Assembly: GCA_963804995.1 (NCBI GenBank)
Contig: CAWDSK010000006.1
Location: forward strand, 736,001 to 800,000
Direction: 5' to 3'
DNA: 64,000 bases
Origin: an uncultured Acidobacteriota bacterium
GTDB lineage: Bacteria > Acidobacteriota > Terriglobia > UBA7540
In this document: one piece after another, positions 22,955 through 33,136 of the stretch
Layout of the letters: each line of letters starts with the position of its first letter
Position numbering within the stretch: position 1 is the stretch's first letter
Translations under genes and position numbers: made by a program
Notes under the pieces: generated by a model
Seen by the model: the letters and a program-made list of their open reading frames with translations, nothing else
What the model was told of the DNA's origin: nothing
The model's database searches: none

Positions 22955-23068
22955 CTGGCAGGTTCCAGGGTTAGGTGTCGGGGTCAAGCGCCAGCTTTTT
23001 TCTGACACCACGCACCCGGGACCGTGCAGTTTATTCTACAGACGCCGGTTCATAAAGTGAGGCACCCC

Positions 23069-25456
23069 ATGGGAAGCCCAGTCCGGGCATCTTCCTCCAA
23101 GGCCAGAGAAACAAACTCCAAGAACCCGAAAACTCCCCTGCTGGACGCGCGGCGCCTTTCCGAACTTATGGGATTGCTCACCGCTGTGGCCGGCTTGCTG
23201 ATCCTGCTGAGTCTGGCTTCTTTCCTGCCTCAAGACCCATCGCTCGATACGGCGGTAGCCACCGGGAGCTTGCCGCATAACTGGATTGGCCCGGTGGGCG
23301 CGTTCGTTGCGGACGGACTGTTTCAGGGTTTTGGCTGGGTCGCCTATTTTGTTCCGCTGATCCTGCTGGTGATGGGCACACGCTGGCTGATGGGCCGTCC
23401 GTTCCATGCCCCGGGCACGAAGGCCTTGGGCGCGGGCATGCTCGTGGTGTCACTTGACGCCCTGCTCGAAATTTTTCCCTACACCCCGGCCATTCACGGG
23501 GCGGTGCGAGGCAGCGGCGTGCTGGGGTATCTCGGCGCGGCTGGGTTAATTCACACCTTCAACCGCGTAGGGGCGGGCATCGTGGCCGCGACAGTCTTCC
23601 TGACATCGCTGTTCTTGGTCACGCGATTCTCCTTCGGCTGGGCGGTGGAGTTCCTGAAGAACCGTTGGAGCGGTACGGTAGCCCCACTTAAAGCCCGCTG
23701 GGAGGTTTGGAAAAAAGCGCGAGCGGCCCGAGCCGCCGAGCGTCAGCGGAAACAAATGGAACGGCAACGCGTCATCGGTAAGCCGCCGGTCGTGCTGCAA
23801 AAGGTGGCGGGCGGACCGCCAGTCGCAGTTCGACCCACCACCCCACCGCCGGCAAGCACGCCTTTCATTGTTCCCTCGAGCAAGGGTGAGTCGGCGGAAA
23901 AACCCACGCTTGTGCCTATGGTCCGTACGCCCAAGGCTGCGCTGGGCATCACCCCGCCCAAGATTGTGGGACGCGGACTGCATGGCTACAAGTTGCCGAG
24001 CGCCACCCTGCTACGGCCTCCGGATGATGCGGAAGGAATTGATGAAGATGAATTGAAGGAACGCGCCGTCCGCCTGACCGAAAAGTTCCGCGAGTTCGGT
24101 GTCACCGGCAGCGTCACGCAGATTCATCCGGGGCCGGTAGTAACCACTTACGAATTCAAGCCGGAAGCCGGAATCAAGTACAGCCGCATTACGAACCTGG
24201 TGGACGATCTGTGCCTCGCCATGAAGGCCGAATCGATTCTCATTGACCGCATTCCGGGCAAATCCACGGTAGGCATCGAAGTCCCGAACCTCCATCGCGA
24301 GATCATTCACCTGCGCGAGCTCATTGAGTCGAGCGAGTTCGCGACCACGGCCTCCAAGCTCAGCGTAGGCCTGGGGAAAGACATCACCGGCAAGATCCGC
24401 ATCGGTGACCTGACCCAGATGCCGCACCTGCTGATCGCCGGCTCAACCGGGGCCGGCAAGAGCGTGGCGATCAACTCCATGGTGGTCTCCATCCTTTACA
24501 AGTCCACGCCGGACGAAGTGAAGCTGATTCTGATTGACCCCAAGCGCCTGGAGTTGAATCTCTATGACGGGGTTCCGCATCTGCTCACGCCCATCGTCAC
24601 CGAACCCAAGCAGGCGGCCAATGCCCTGCGCCGCGCCGTGATGGAAATGGACGAGCGGCTGAGAAAGCTGGCTGAGCACGGGGTGCGCAACATCGACCAA
24701 TACAACAAGATGTTTGAACCCGAGGCGACCCTGAACCTTTTTGACACTAACGGCGAGCGCGAGCGTCCCCTGCCCTACATCGTGATCGTCATCGATGAAC
24801 TCGCCGACTTGATGATGGTGGAGCCCCAAGGTGTGGAGGAATCCATTACCCGCCTGGCCCAGATGGCGCGCGCCGTGGGCATCCACCTGATCCTGGCCAC
24901 GCAGCGGCCGTCCGTGGATGTGATTACGGGCTTGATCAAAGCCAACATGCCATCGCGAATCTCTTTCCGCGTCGCCTCCAAGGTGGACTCCCGCACGATC
25001 CTGGATGCGAACGGCGCTGAAGCCCTGTTGGGGCGTGGCGATATGCTGTTCCTGCCGCCCGGCAGCGCCCGTCTGCAACGGCTGCATGGGGCGCTGATCA
25101 CCGAGCAGGAAATCGGCAAAGTGGTGGATTGGTGGAAGTCACAGTCGCAGCCACAATACAATGAGGAGTTCCTGGAACCGATTCGCGACAAGGATCAAGA
25201 AGACCTGCCGGAGGACGATGAGGAAGCCGCCGAATTGGATTCCGTCTATGAGGAGGCTGTGCGCATCGTGGTGGAATCCGGTAAAGCTTCCACCTCCCTG
25301 TTGCAACGCCGCCTGCGCCTGGGATATGGGCGCGCCGCGCGACTCATCGACATGATGCAAAAAGACGGCATTGTCAGCTCACCAGATGGCTCGCGTCCGC
25401 GCGAAGTCCTGAAGCGCCCGGATTGGGTGCGCGAGGTCGATGAGTCCATACGCTGA
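23069..25456 (+). CDS. ftsK: DNA translocase FtsK
   Basis: N-terminal TMs, PHLLIAGSTGAGKS, VIDELADLM, ATQRPSVDV, gamma domain LQRRLRLGYGRAAR. Confidence 0.97.
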   Translation: MGSPVRASSSKARETNSKNPKTPLLDARRLSELMGLLTAVAGLLILLSLASFLPQDPSLDTAVATGSLPHNWIGPVGAFVADGLFQGFGWVAYFVPLILLVMGTRWLMGRPFHAPGTKALGAGMLVVSLDALLEIFPYTPAIHGAVRGSGVLGYLGAAGLIHTFNRVGAGIVAATVFLTSLFLVTRFSFGWAVEFLKNRWSGTVAPLKARWEVWKKARAARAAERQRKQMERQRVIGKPPVVLQKVAGGPPVAVRPTTPPPASTPFIVPSSKGESAEKPTLVPMVRTPKAALGITPPKIVGRGLHGYKLPSATLLRPPDDAEGIDEDELKERAVRLTEKFREFGVTGSVTQIHPGPVVTTYEFKPEAGIKYSRITNLVDDLCLAMKAESILIDRIPGKSTVGIEVPNLHREIIHLRELIESSEFATTASKLSVGLGKDITGKIRIGDLTQMPHLLIAGSTGAGKSVAINSMVVSILYKSTPDEVKLILIDPKRLELNLYDGVPHLLTPIVTEPKQAANALRRAVMEMDERLRKLAEHGVRNIDQYNKMFEPEATLNLFDTNGERERPLPYIVIVIDELADLMMVEPQGVEESITRLAQMARAVGIHLILATQRPSVDVITGLIKANMPSRISFRVASKVDSRTILDANGAEALLGRGDMLFLPPGSARLQRLHGALITEQEIGKVVDWWKSQSQPQYNEEFLEPIRDKDQEDLPEDDEEAAELDSVYEEAVRIVVESGKASTSLLQRRLRLGYGRAARLIDMMQKDGIVSSPDGSRPREVLKRPDWVREVDESIR

Positions 25457-25642
25457 CGCCGTGGCCGTTGAATTACCAGTAGGTGTGCAAGTAGGCATCT
25501 ATCCCGCGCTTTGATACAGTTTAATCGAGATTTCCTCTTGAGCCGGGCGCCTTACCAATGGTATGAAAGTATTTGGTGAGATGGCCGCGCGTGCCAGGCG
25601 CGGCAACCTCCCTCCTGTTACTCCGCCGAAGAAGGAGTAGGC

Positions 25643-25990
25643 GTGCCCTCAGCCACTCAGCCCTATCCTCAACAGAGACGCTCCTCGCGACTCCTCTTCC
25701 GCTGCCACGTTGAGATCAGCGGATATGATCCTGAGGGCAATAAGTTCACCGAAAATAGTGTAACCGTCAGCATCGGGAAATTTGGGGCGTCACTCAAAAC
25801 CGCTCGTGAGTATTCTATGGGCCAGATCGTCACGGTTTTCACCAAAGAGTCGCGCCATGTCGGTCAGTTTCAGGTGGTGTGGATTGGCATGCCCGGCACC
25901 CGCGAGGCTGGGCAGATCGGGATTGAGCTGCTCGATGCCCGCCGCTTCTGGGGAATTGAGTTTCCCCCCGAAGACTGGGGAGCACGTTAG
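25643..25990 (+). CDS. PilZ-like domain protein
   Basis: QRRSSR (RxxxR) then SIGKFGA; SD aaggag before GTG. Confidence 0.65.
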   Translation: MPSATQPYPQQRRSSRLLFRCHVEISGYDPEGNKFTENSVTVSIGKFGASLKTAREYSMGQIVTVFTKESRHVGQFQVVWIGMPGTREAGQIGIELLDARRFWGIEFPPEDWGAR

Positions 25991-26197
25991 TGTGGTGTCC
26001 CGGTTAATATTTGACAAGGCTGTCCGACCCCCTCACCCCCCAGCCCCTCTCCCCCAAAGGGGCGAGGGGAGAGTTAATTCTCTTGCCCTCGCCCCTTTGG
26101 GGGAGAGGGTGGCTGGCCGAGGCGTTCTCATCAGCCGAGGCCAGACGGGTGAGGGGGTTCTACCCATTGTCAACTCTAGCACGGGACACCACACTAG
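25988..26197. mobile_element. MITE with 15-bp terminal inverted repeats enclosing a REP-like palindrome
   Basis: tagtgtggtgtcccg (25988-26002) / cgggacaccacacta (26182-26196); inner ttgacaa/ttgtcaa; ccctctcccccaaaggggcgaggg palindromes. Confidence 0.75.
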
Positions 26198-26256
26198 ATT
26201 CCCCGCTCCCGCCTTAATGTGTGGAGTCCCGCCCCTCACCCCTCAGAGTCAGATTC

Positions 26257-26285
26257 TTGACAGGAAACCAAATCCGTCTGAGAAT
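26257..26285 (+). promoter_or_regulatory. Putative sigma70 promoter for tRNA-Phe
   Basis: TTGACA-17 bp-GAGAAT. Confidence 0.45.
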
Positions 26286-26373
26286 GTTTGCTCAGACCTG
26301 AAGATGCCCTTCGAAGCGTCTGGCCAATAATCCAGCGTGCTCTCGAGCGCTTCAGTTAGTCCACGATTCGCGT

Positions 26374-26449
26374 GCCGCGGTAGCTCAGGTGGTAGAGCGC
26401 AGCCCTGAAAAGGCTGGCGTCGGCGGTTCAACTCCGTCCCGCGGCACCA
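26374..26449 (+). tRNA. tRNA-Phe (GAA)
   Basis: 76 nt cloverleaf: acceptor gccgcgg/ccgcggc, anticodon arm cagcc-ctGAAaa-ggctg, GGTTCAA T-loop, encoded CCA. Confidence 0.97.
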
Positions 26450-26506
26450 TATTTTCAAACACTTAGCAAGGCTCCACTTCCCATTTTGCTTCCAATTGCT
26501 TCCAAT

Positions 26507-27685
26507 TCAGTTCACCCTTTGCCCGATCTGACGTGTCTCACCTAGCTTTTCTACGACTCGCTTCTGCGACTCGGGAACGAACTGCTGGTAAATATCCAGT
26601 GTCGTGCTTGCCCGGGAGTGCCGCATCTGCGCCTGCGCGTCCTTCACGTCGGCTCCCGCTAACTTGAGCCAAGTCGCGTGGGAGGTTCGCAGACAGCGCC
26701 AGTTTACCCAAGGCAAACCCAGACTACGGGCAGCAGGCTTGAGGAACCGGCTCAGGATGTTGTTATCACGAATGGGCTTGCCATCCTTGACCGATTGAAA
26801 CAGTAAATCATCCGGGCCAGAAGATTTCACGACCCGGTATTTCCGTACCGCACGGCCTGCCCTCACCTCAACGGTCAGCAACTTGAGGCGGTGAATTCGC
26901 TCGATAACGCAACCTTTGACTCCGATCGTGGCATTGGAGGCTTCACTCTTCGGCGCCCCCCAATCACCACGGCAGTACCTTTCGTCAACGGTAATCGAAT
27001 CGGGGTGAACGTCGTTCCACCGCAGCCCCGCCAATTCACTCACCCGAAGCCCTGTGTAGATGGCAACAAAGACGATCGTCGCGTAAGGTTCCGGTATTTT
27101 CGCCAGCAGCGCTTCGAACTGCTCGAACGTGACCACCGGTTTCGAGTGGCGCTTGCCCCGCCGCTCGGGCGGCAGGCGTACACCCTCCACCGGGTTCTTA
27201 ACCAGTAATCCATACTGAACGGCTGAACCGAGAATGCTGGAGAGCACATCCCGGATTTTATCCTTCGACTCGTGGGACAACGATGAAGCCGCCAGGTTCG
27301 AGATATAGCGCTGGATGTTTAAGGTTGTGAGGTCCCGCAAACAGAGATCGCCGAATGCGGGTAGAAGATAGTTCCCGATGACGCCCTGATAGCGGTCCTG
27401 CGTGCTCTTGGCCATCAACGGCATCACCACCGGGATGTAGGTCTCGTCCACGTACATGGTGAAGTTCGTAGCCGAGCCAATGCTTTCAAGGCCCTGGTTG
27501 AGCGGCCGAAGCAGTTCGGCCGCAATTTTCTTGATTTCTCGTTCTCGCATGGATGATGCTGCCAGCTTTGCCCAAACCTTTTTGCGCTTGGGACTGCCAC
27601 CGCTGAGATCATCCCGCCAGTACTGAAGATACCACCACGCCCCGCGCCTGAAAGGCTTGGGGTTCTGAAATCTCCGGCGTGCCAT
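26507..27685 (-). CDS. Tyrosine recombinase / phage-type integrase
   Basis: TGLRVSELAGLRW, PKS, LRTSHATW, RHS...TLDIY; N-terminal arm-binding-like segment. Confidence 0.93.
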   Translation of the reverse strand: MARRRFQNPKPFRRGAWWYLQYWRDDLSGGSPKRKKVWAKLAASSMREREIKKIAAELLRPLNQGLESIGSATNFTMYVDETYIPVVMPLMAKSTQDRYQGVIGNYLLPAFGDLCLRDLTTLNIQRYISNLAASSLSHESKDKIRDVLSSILGSAVQYGLLVKNPVEGVRLPPERRGKRHSKPVVTFEQFEALLAKIPEPYATIVFVAIYTGLRVSELAGLRWNDVHPDSITVDERYCRGDWGAPKSEASNATIGVKGCVIERIHRLKLLTVEVRAGRAVRKYRVVKSSGPDDLLFQSVKDGKPIRDNNILSRFLKPAARSLGLPWVNWRCLRTSHATWLKLAGADVKDAQAQMRHSRASTTLDIYQQFVPESQKRVVEKLGETRQIGQRVN

Positions 27686-28625
27686 CCGCTCAAAGTCTCC
27701 TCTCAGCGGGACGCCGGTGTTTGCCTCGGATGGAACGATATCACACTCCTGTGGTTCGTCAAAACTCTGGCCGACTGCAAAATCAATAACATAGCTGCCG
27801 CCCTCCCGCCACGGTTCTGCTATAACTCCTGGCCATGTTTCGATTCATTGTCCTGTCCCTCGGAACGCTGGCTCGCCTCTTGCGGGCGCGTCGGAGCCTC
27901 CTCCTCGAGAATCTCGCGCTACGCCAACAACTCGCCGTGCTGAAGCCTCGGCATCCGAGGCCCAGAATAGGCCCGCTCGACAAGCTCTTCTGGGTCGCCG
28001 TCCGTTGGTTCTGGTCAGGATGGAAACAATCGCTGATCGTGGTTACACCTGAGACTGTAGTCCGGTGGCACCGAGCCGGTTTCCGCTTGTACTGGCGGGT
28101 GATCTCCAGGGTCAGGACGCAGATGGGGAGAAGACAGACGTCGCAGGAAGTTCGGGAATTGATCTTCCGGATGGTTGCTGAGAATCCGACTTGGGGAGCA
28201 CCGCGGATACATGGCGAACTCCTCATGCTCGGTTTTGATCTCTCCGAGAGAACGATCTCACGCTGGATGAAACGAGCTCCGAGGGATCCCGAACCAGTCA
28301 AGCGTTGGCTTGCCTTTCTTCGAAATCACAGGGAAGCCATCGTTGCGATGGATTTCTTCGCGGCCCCGACGATCACCTTCGGCATACTCTATGGCTTTTT
28401 CGTAATCAGCCATGACCGCCGGCGGATCCTGCACTTCAACGTCACGAAGCACCCGACGAGCAATTGGATCATCCAGCAGCTACGGGAAGCATTTCCCTTC
28501 GAGTCGGCGTCCAGATTTCTAATCTTCGACCGGGATGCGAAATACGGGTTGGAGGTCCCCGTGGCCGTTCGATCCCTGAAGATGAGCCCGGTGCGGACCT
28601 CCTTCGAGAGTCCCTGGCAAAAGGC

Positions 28626-30720
28626 TTATGCTTCATACTGCACCTCATTGGTATGATTCGAGGGGTCCTCGAAGAATCGCTGCCTGGCAGCGAGCTTCGT
28701 CCCTTGCATCTTGCGCGGCGGATCATCGCCGGGGTGTTCATATAAACACTCGTTTTTCTCGTTGTAGGCTTGAGCTCTTAACAGACCATGGTCCCGCCAG
28801 ACTTTCACCCACCCGGTGGAGATGCCGAGCAGCTTAGCCATCTCTTGCAGGGTCAACAGGCCGGCTCCGCGTAGGCGAGTGTAACCGCTCTTCAAGGCAT
28901 AGTTACGCCGTATGCGCGCGACGATGTGAGGGCTGAAGGGCCTGCCTTCGCCCGAGAGCCAGCCGCGTTCATTCAGCAGGCTAGCGATCTGCCGATCGGT
29001 ACGTTGATCCAGGAGCCGGTCGATCTCCGCCACCACCTCCGGCTTGGTGGTGCGCTGTTTCCAGGCATTGAGGGGGATGGGCAAATGCAGGGTCTTTGTA
29101 GCTCCCCCCTTGAAGCGGATCTGAAGCGTGATCTCATGGTTGCGGGTCAACGTAACGTCTTCCAATAGAAGGCGGACCATACGCTTCCGTTCTCGATGTG
29201 GCGTTTTCGCATCGCGCCACAGCCGAGGGAAGTCTGTGGCCAGGGCAAAAATCTGAGCGCGTTCCTCTTCCCGACACAACCCACGGTCGACCTGACGTTG
29301 ACGTTGATACTCTTGCTGAGCCTCTCCCAGAGCACGCAGCTTGTGGTTCCAGTCGGCCTCGAGCGAATCCGCCACGAGCCGGTTGTCGGGATCGCAACGC
29401 AAGTAGCGCCGCTCGGCCAGCTCCGCCTCATACCGGGCGCGCTCGACTTGGGTTTGGCGCAACCGATCCGCTTCTTCCCAACGAGACTGAAGTTCTTGCT
29501 GCACGCTCAGCGCCACCTCCAGGGCTAACGGAGTGACCACTTCGATCAGCAGTTCCCCGATGGCCTGGTCGATACCCGCTCCAGGAACCGTCTGGCAGAT
29601 GGTTTGAGCGTGTTCGATACCGTACCGCTGACACACATAATGGGGGGCCAGGCGTGACCGGTGAACATGATAACGCACGGTCATCCGATTCCCACAGCGG
29701 CCACAGATCACTAATCCCTGCAGAAGCGCTGGACCTTCCCGCGGAGGGCTTTGACGACGGTCGGGACCCCAAGCTTGCGCGGATTCCCGTAACCGCCGCT
29801 GATTGCTCTCATATTCTTCCCAGGAGAGGTAACCCGCATGGGCCCCAGGAAGGCAAGTGTCCCACTCCTCGCGAGGCAACCACTTCACCGTCACGCCACC
29901 CTCCAGCTTCTTGCGCGTCTGACTCCGGCCAAAGACGTAGGCCCCGGCATACCGAGGATTGTGCAAAACGCGCAGGACATGGCTGTGAACAAGTTCCACC
30001 CATACCAACTCTCCTTGGTGGGGCCCCGCCCGCAGGCGGCGGGGAAACAGCAGCCCCTGCTGGCGAAAGGCCTTCACCGTGGCCAGGGCGGATCCCGTAC
30101 GACGGAAGGTTTCAAACAAGAGTCGAAGGCCCTGTTGCACCTGCTGGTCCGGATCGAGAACGAGTTGCCCCGAGCCGTTATAGACCAAGCCGACCGGAGG
30201 TGGGATCTCCAACTCACCGCGCCGAGCTTTGCTGAGGATTCCGCCTCGCAACCGGGCTCGCAGCACGTGCAGTTCCGCCTCGCTCATCGTGCCTTTCAGC
30301 CCCAACAGCAGGCGGTCATTAAAGTGCGCCGGGTCGTAGATGCCATCTTCATCCAAAATGAGCGTGTCGGTGAGCGCGCAGATCTCCAGCAGTCGATGCC
30401 AGTCCGTGGAGTTGCGCGCCAGGCGCGACACCTTGAGAACCCAGAACGATCCCTGCTCGCCCCATCCCCACTTCACTCACCAACCTTTGAAATCCCTCTC
30501 GGTCTACCGCCGAAGCTCCCGACTGGCCTTGATCGTTGTCGATCACGATGATCCGTTCCAAAGGCCAGCCCAGGGCCACGGCCTGTTGGCGTAACGCGTA
30601 CTGGCGCTGGGTGCTCTCGGTATTCTCAAAGACCTGCCGAAGCGTGGACTGCCGGATATACAGGTAGGCGTCGCGTTTCAAATGGTGGGCTTGAACCTTC
30701 TGCGGCATTTCGGTTCTCAT
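28626..30720 (-). CDS. Large serine recombinase (resolvase + recombinase + Zn ribbon); apparent frameshift near 30440
   Basis: AYLYIRQST catalytic Ser motif, DQGQSGAS, VSRLARN, LHNPRYAG, CGRCG...YVC. Confidence 0.9.
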
Positions 30721-31022
30721 CCTCTCACCTCCGGCCGACTGTGAAGTACCATGCTCGCCAGAATCGTAACCACTTCCGTGTGCAGATCGAGAGGAACCCT
30801 CTCCTCAGGGCCGGACGGATTCTGGGGTTTCATCGGAATCCCACCCGGCAGGCAGTGGGACCAGGCTTCCATCCAGCCTTTCATCCCCTGGCGAATAAAC
30901 AGCGCCAGGCCCAAGGCTCCGCGCCTGCCGCCTAACTCACCCCGCACTTGTCGCCGGAGTTCCTCATATTGGTTTACGATCCCCTCCTGGGCCATCAGGG
31001 GAGCAACGGGAGGGTCGCTCAA
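30717..31022 (-). CDS. Small accessory protein of the recombinase element (101 aa)
   Basis: TTG start overlaps the upstream TGA; its stop overlaps the recombinase ATG; YEELRRQV...GLALFIRQGMKGWM. Confidence 0.65.
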   Translation of the reverse strand: MSDPPVAPLMAQEGIVNQYEELRRQVRGELGGRRGALGLALFIRQGMKGWMEAWSHCLPGGIPMKPQNPSGPEERVPLDLHTEVVTILASMVLHSRPEVRG

Positions 31023-31486
31023 CGTCGTTTTTTTTGCTGCTGCCGAAGCCGGCGCTCCAAGCTGCGAGGATGGACCCGTAGACGGAAGGCTTTCTTCACC
31101 CGGGCCGCCAGTTCCTCGCTCCGCAAGGAGGGTTCGGCAGCTCGGGCCTGCCGGACGAACTCCATTACCTCGGCCGTGAGCTTGTGGGCGTGCCGAGGTC
31201 CCCGTTTCTGGGGAATCAATCCTGCGAGTCCCCTGGCTACGAAGCCCGCCTGGGCGAGGTAGAAGGAGGGTCTGGAGAAACCAAAAGCCTCCGCCGCTTG
31301 GCTCACCGCTTGGTTTTCGACCCTCACTTGGCGCAGCATCTCGTACTTGACCTGCAGCAAGTCCCGGGGATCGAAGAAGTCGCTGTCCTGGAACAGGGCG
31401 TGGGCCACCTCCTGCGGGCGGGGATTCAAGGTACCTTGGGAGCGCAGGATATGGCGCTTGGCATCGTGGCGTGAGGAAGGGGACAT
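31019..31486 (-). CDS. Helix-turn-helix protein of the recombinase element
   Basis: FFDPRDLLQVKYEMLR...AAEAFGFSRPSFY HTH...GLIPQKRGP. Confidence 0.8.
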   Translation of the reverse strand: MSPSSRHDAKRHILRSQGTLNPRPQEVAHALFQDSDFFDPRDLLQVKYEMLRQVRVENQAVSQAAEAFGFSRPSFYLAQAGFVARGLAGLIPQKRGPRHAHKLTAEVMEFVRQARAAEPSLRSEELAARVKKAFRLRVHPRSLERRLRQQQKKRR

Positions 31487-31527
31487 GGGCTCCTCCGGAG
31501 CAAATCCGGCAAACGAGTGTAATGTTA

Positions 31528-31556
31528 ATTATATACATTCTCTTGCTCCCTGTCAA
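31528..31556 (-). promoter_or_regulatory. Perfect consensus sigma70 promoter
   Basis: TTGACA-17 bp-TATAAT on the minus strand, upstream of the HTH gene. Confidence 0.85.
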
Positions 31557-31706
31557 GCCTTTTCTATCCTCCGACCCGAATTTGTGTTGCACAATAAGCG
31601 GATATTGCACTCACACACCCACCGAAAACTCTGGACTTCGGCTCAAGCTCCGACATAATCCCTTTAACACAAACGGCGTAATTCCCTTTACAGACCTTCC
31701 GGGGCT

Positions 31707-31991
31707 TCAGGACCGTAAACCCTCCACCAAACGCACCAATTCAATCAGGTCCTCAACGCGAAAATACGAGCGGCCTCCCCCTATGACCACGAATGGGTCC
31801 TCCCCCACGACACTCGTCCACCGCGCCGGTAGCGAGGTCAACTGGCCTCCTTCGTCGTAGAAATACACTCGGTCCTCCCCCCAGTTCTGGCGGTAGTCCA
31901 CCCATTCGAATTCACGTTGGAACAGTGGATGGTAAGGGTGAGTTACTCGGAAACGTCGTTTTGAATAGTCTCTATGGTGTGTAGTTGACAA
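31707..31991 (-). CDS. DUF5372 (Y4bD/Y4pK-like) protein
   Basis: VTHPYHPL...RQNWGEDRV...LPARWT...DPF; TTG start 8 bp inside the element end. Confidence 0.7.
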   Translation of the reverse strand: MSTTHHRDYSKRRFRVTHPYHPLFQREFEWVDYRQNWGEDRVYFYDEGGQLTSLPARWTSVVGEDPFVVIGGGRSYFRVEDLIELVRLVEGLRS

Positions 31992-32680
31992 CCTGATCCA
32001 ACGGTGTGGCGGAGCGTTGGGTCGAAAGTTGCCGACGAGACTTACTGGATCATGTTATCGCGGTGAATGAACGCCATCTGAAACGGCTGCTCTCTGAATA
32101 CGTCCGCTACTACCACGAGGATCGCACGCATCTTGGACTCGGGAAGGGAACTCCGAACTGTAGAACTTGTTCCAGAGCCTCAGGTCGCGTCCTGTCTCAG
32201 GAGCGACTCGGCGGGTTGCATCATCGTTACGATCGGGCTGCCTGACCCGGACCAATTTTTCACCTGTCCCAAATAGTATACACACGCCGCATGCGCGCGC
32301 ACACTAGTTCCCACCCCGAGAGAACTTCGCGCACCTCCAAGCAAACCCTGGCCGAATTCAGGCTCTCTTTCAAGCTGAGCCGAGGACGAATCGCGCCAAG
32401 TTTCGTCGTGGATGAGATTTTGGCGAACAACACCCTCTCGCCGTCCTCATGTTTCTGTGGGTAAGACCGGGATCCCGGTTAAACTCGGGCTATTAAAGGA
32501 CCACAACCAGGATTTATCCATACAGGCCGCTCGGACCGACAAAGAGAAAGGCTGGGGGGTGCGTTGCGGGTTCGCCGAGCGGATTGAATCATGGCGACAG
32601 ACACGCTTCGATTCCAGCGACAAAAGGGCCTAAGAGTTTGGCACTGTCCAAACCTCTTCGAGTTCAGGTGGACTTCAAGG

Positions 32681-33136
32681 TTAACGCTCGTAGACATTCA
32701 GGAGGTGTAAGCTCGTTGCCCGAACCCGCTCCTCAATAACATGAACAAACCGCTTCAGGAGTTCGTAACCCAAGTCATGGTCGGTTTCGGCCTTCTCACG
32801 TAGGCATTTCCCATCCAAGGAAATCGCACGTGTGGTCTCGAGTGCGCGCGCCGTAAACTTCCAATGGTAGGGGGGAGAGAGCCACGACCAACCCAGAACG
32901 TCACCTTCCTCAAGGATCAAAATGGTAAGGGGACCACGTCGATCAGCAAATAGCTGCAAGGCCACCTTTCCGGTGCGAATAAGATAGAACTCGTTAGCTT
33001 TTTCGCCCTCACGGAAGATCACGTGTTCGCTTTCAAAGCGCACGTTGCGGGCACACCCGACGAGTATCTGGAGGTGGCGCTGTTCCATGCCATTGAAAAG
33101 GGGATGCTGAGCCAGAATGGGTTCGAGTGTTTCCAT
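32681..33136 (-). CDS. Stand-alone cyclic-nucleotide-binding domain protein
   Basis: IFREGEKANEFYLIRTGKV, GDVLGWS, FTARALE; no HTH. Confidence 0.85.
   Translation of the reverse strand: METLEPILAQHPLFNGMEQRHLQILVGCARNVRFESEHVIFREGEKANEFYLIRTGKVALQLFADRRGPLTILILEEGDVLGWSWLSPPYHWKFTARALETTRAISLDGKCLREKAETDHDLGYELLKRFVHVIEERVRATSLHLLNVYER

Larger units (their letters stand above)
28623..31999 (-). mobile_element. Large serine recombinase element (4 genes) inserted at an AA core
   Basis: Removing it restores tggcaaaacggtgtggcg; symmetric imperfect 21-bp inverted arms at both ends. Confidence 0.88.
27835..32245 (+). pseudogene. Integrase-core transposase split at PWQN|GVAER
   Basis: WGAPRIHGEL, MDFF, DRDAKY, SPWQ then GVAERWVESCRRDLLD...GGLHHRY after the insert. 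Confidence 0.9.
27750..32432 (+). mobile_element. TGT...ACA-ended DDE (integrase-core) IS, interrupted by a recombinase element
   Basis: Ends tgtggttcgtcaaaact / gattttggcgaacaaca; transposase halves 27835-28622 and 32002-32245. Confidence 0.85.

Noticed and set aside
30717..31610. 297-aa ORF in the recombinase element
   Set aside because: The upstream part overlaps the HTH gene and promoter; only 30717-31022 looks like a real gene
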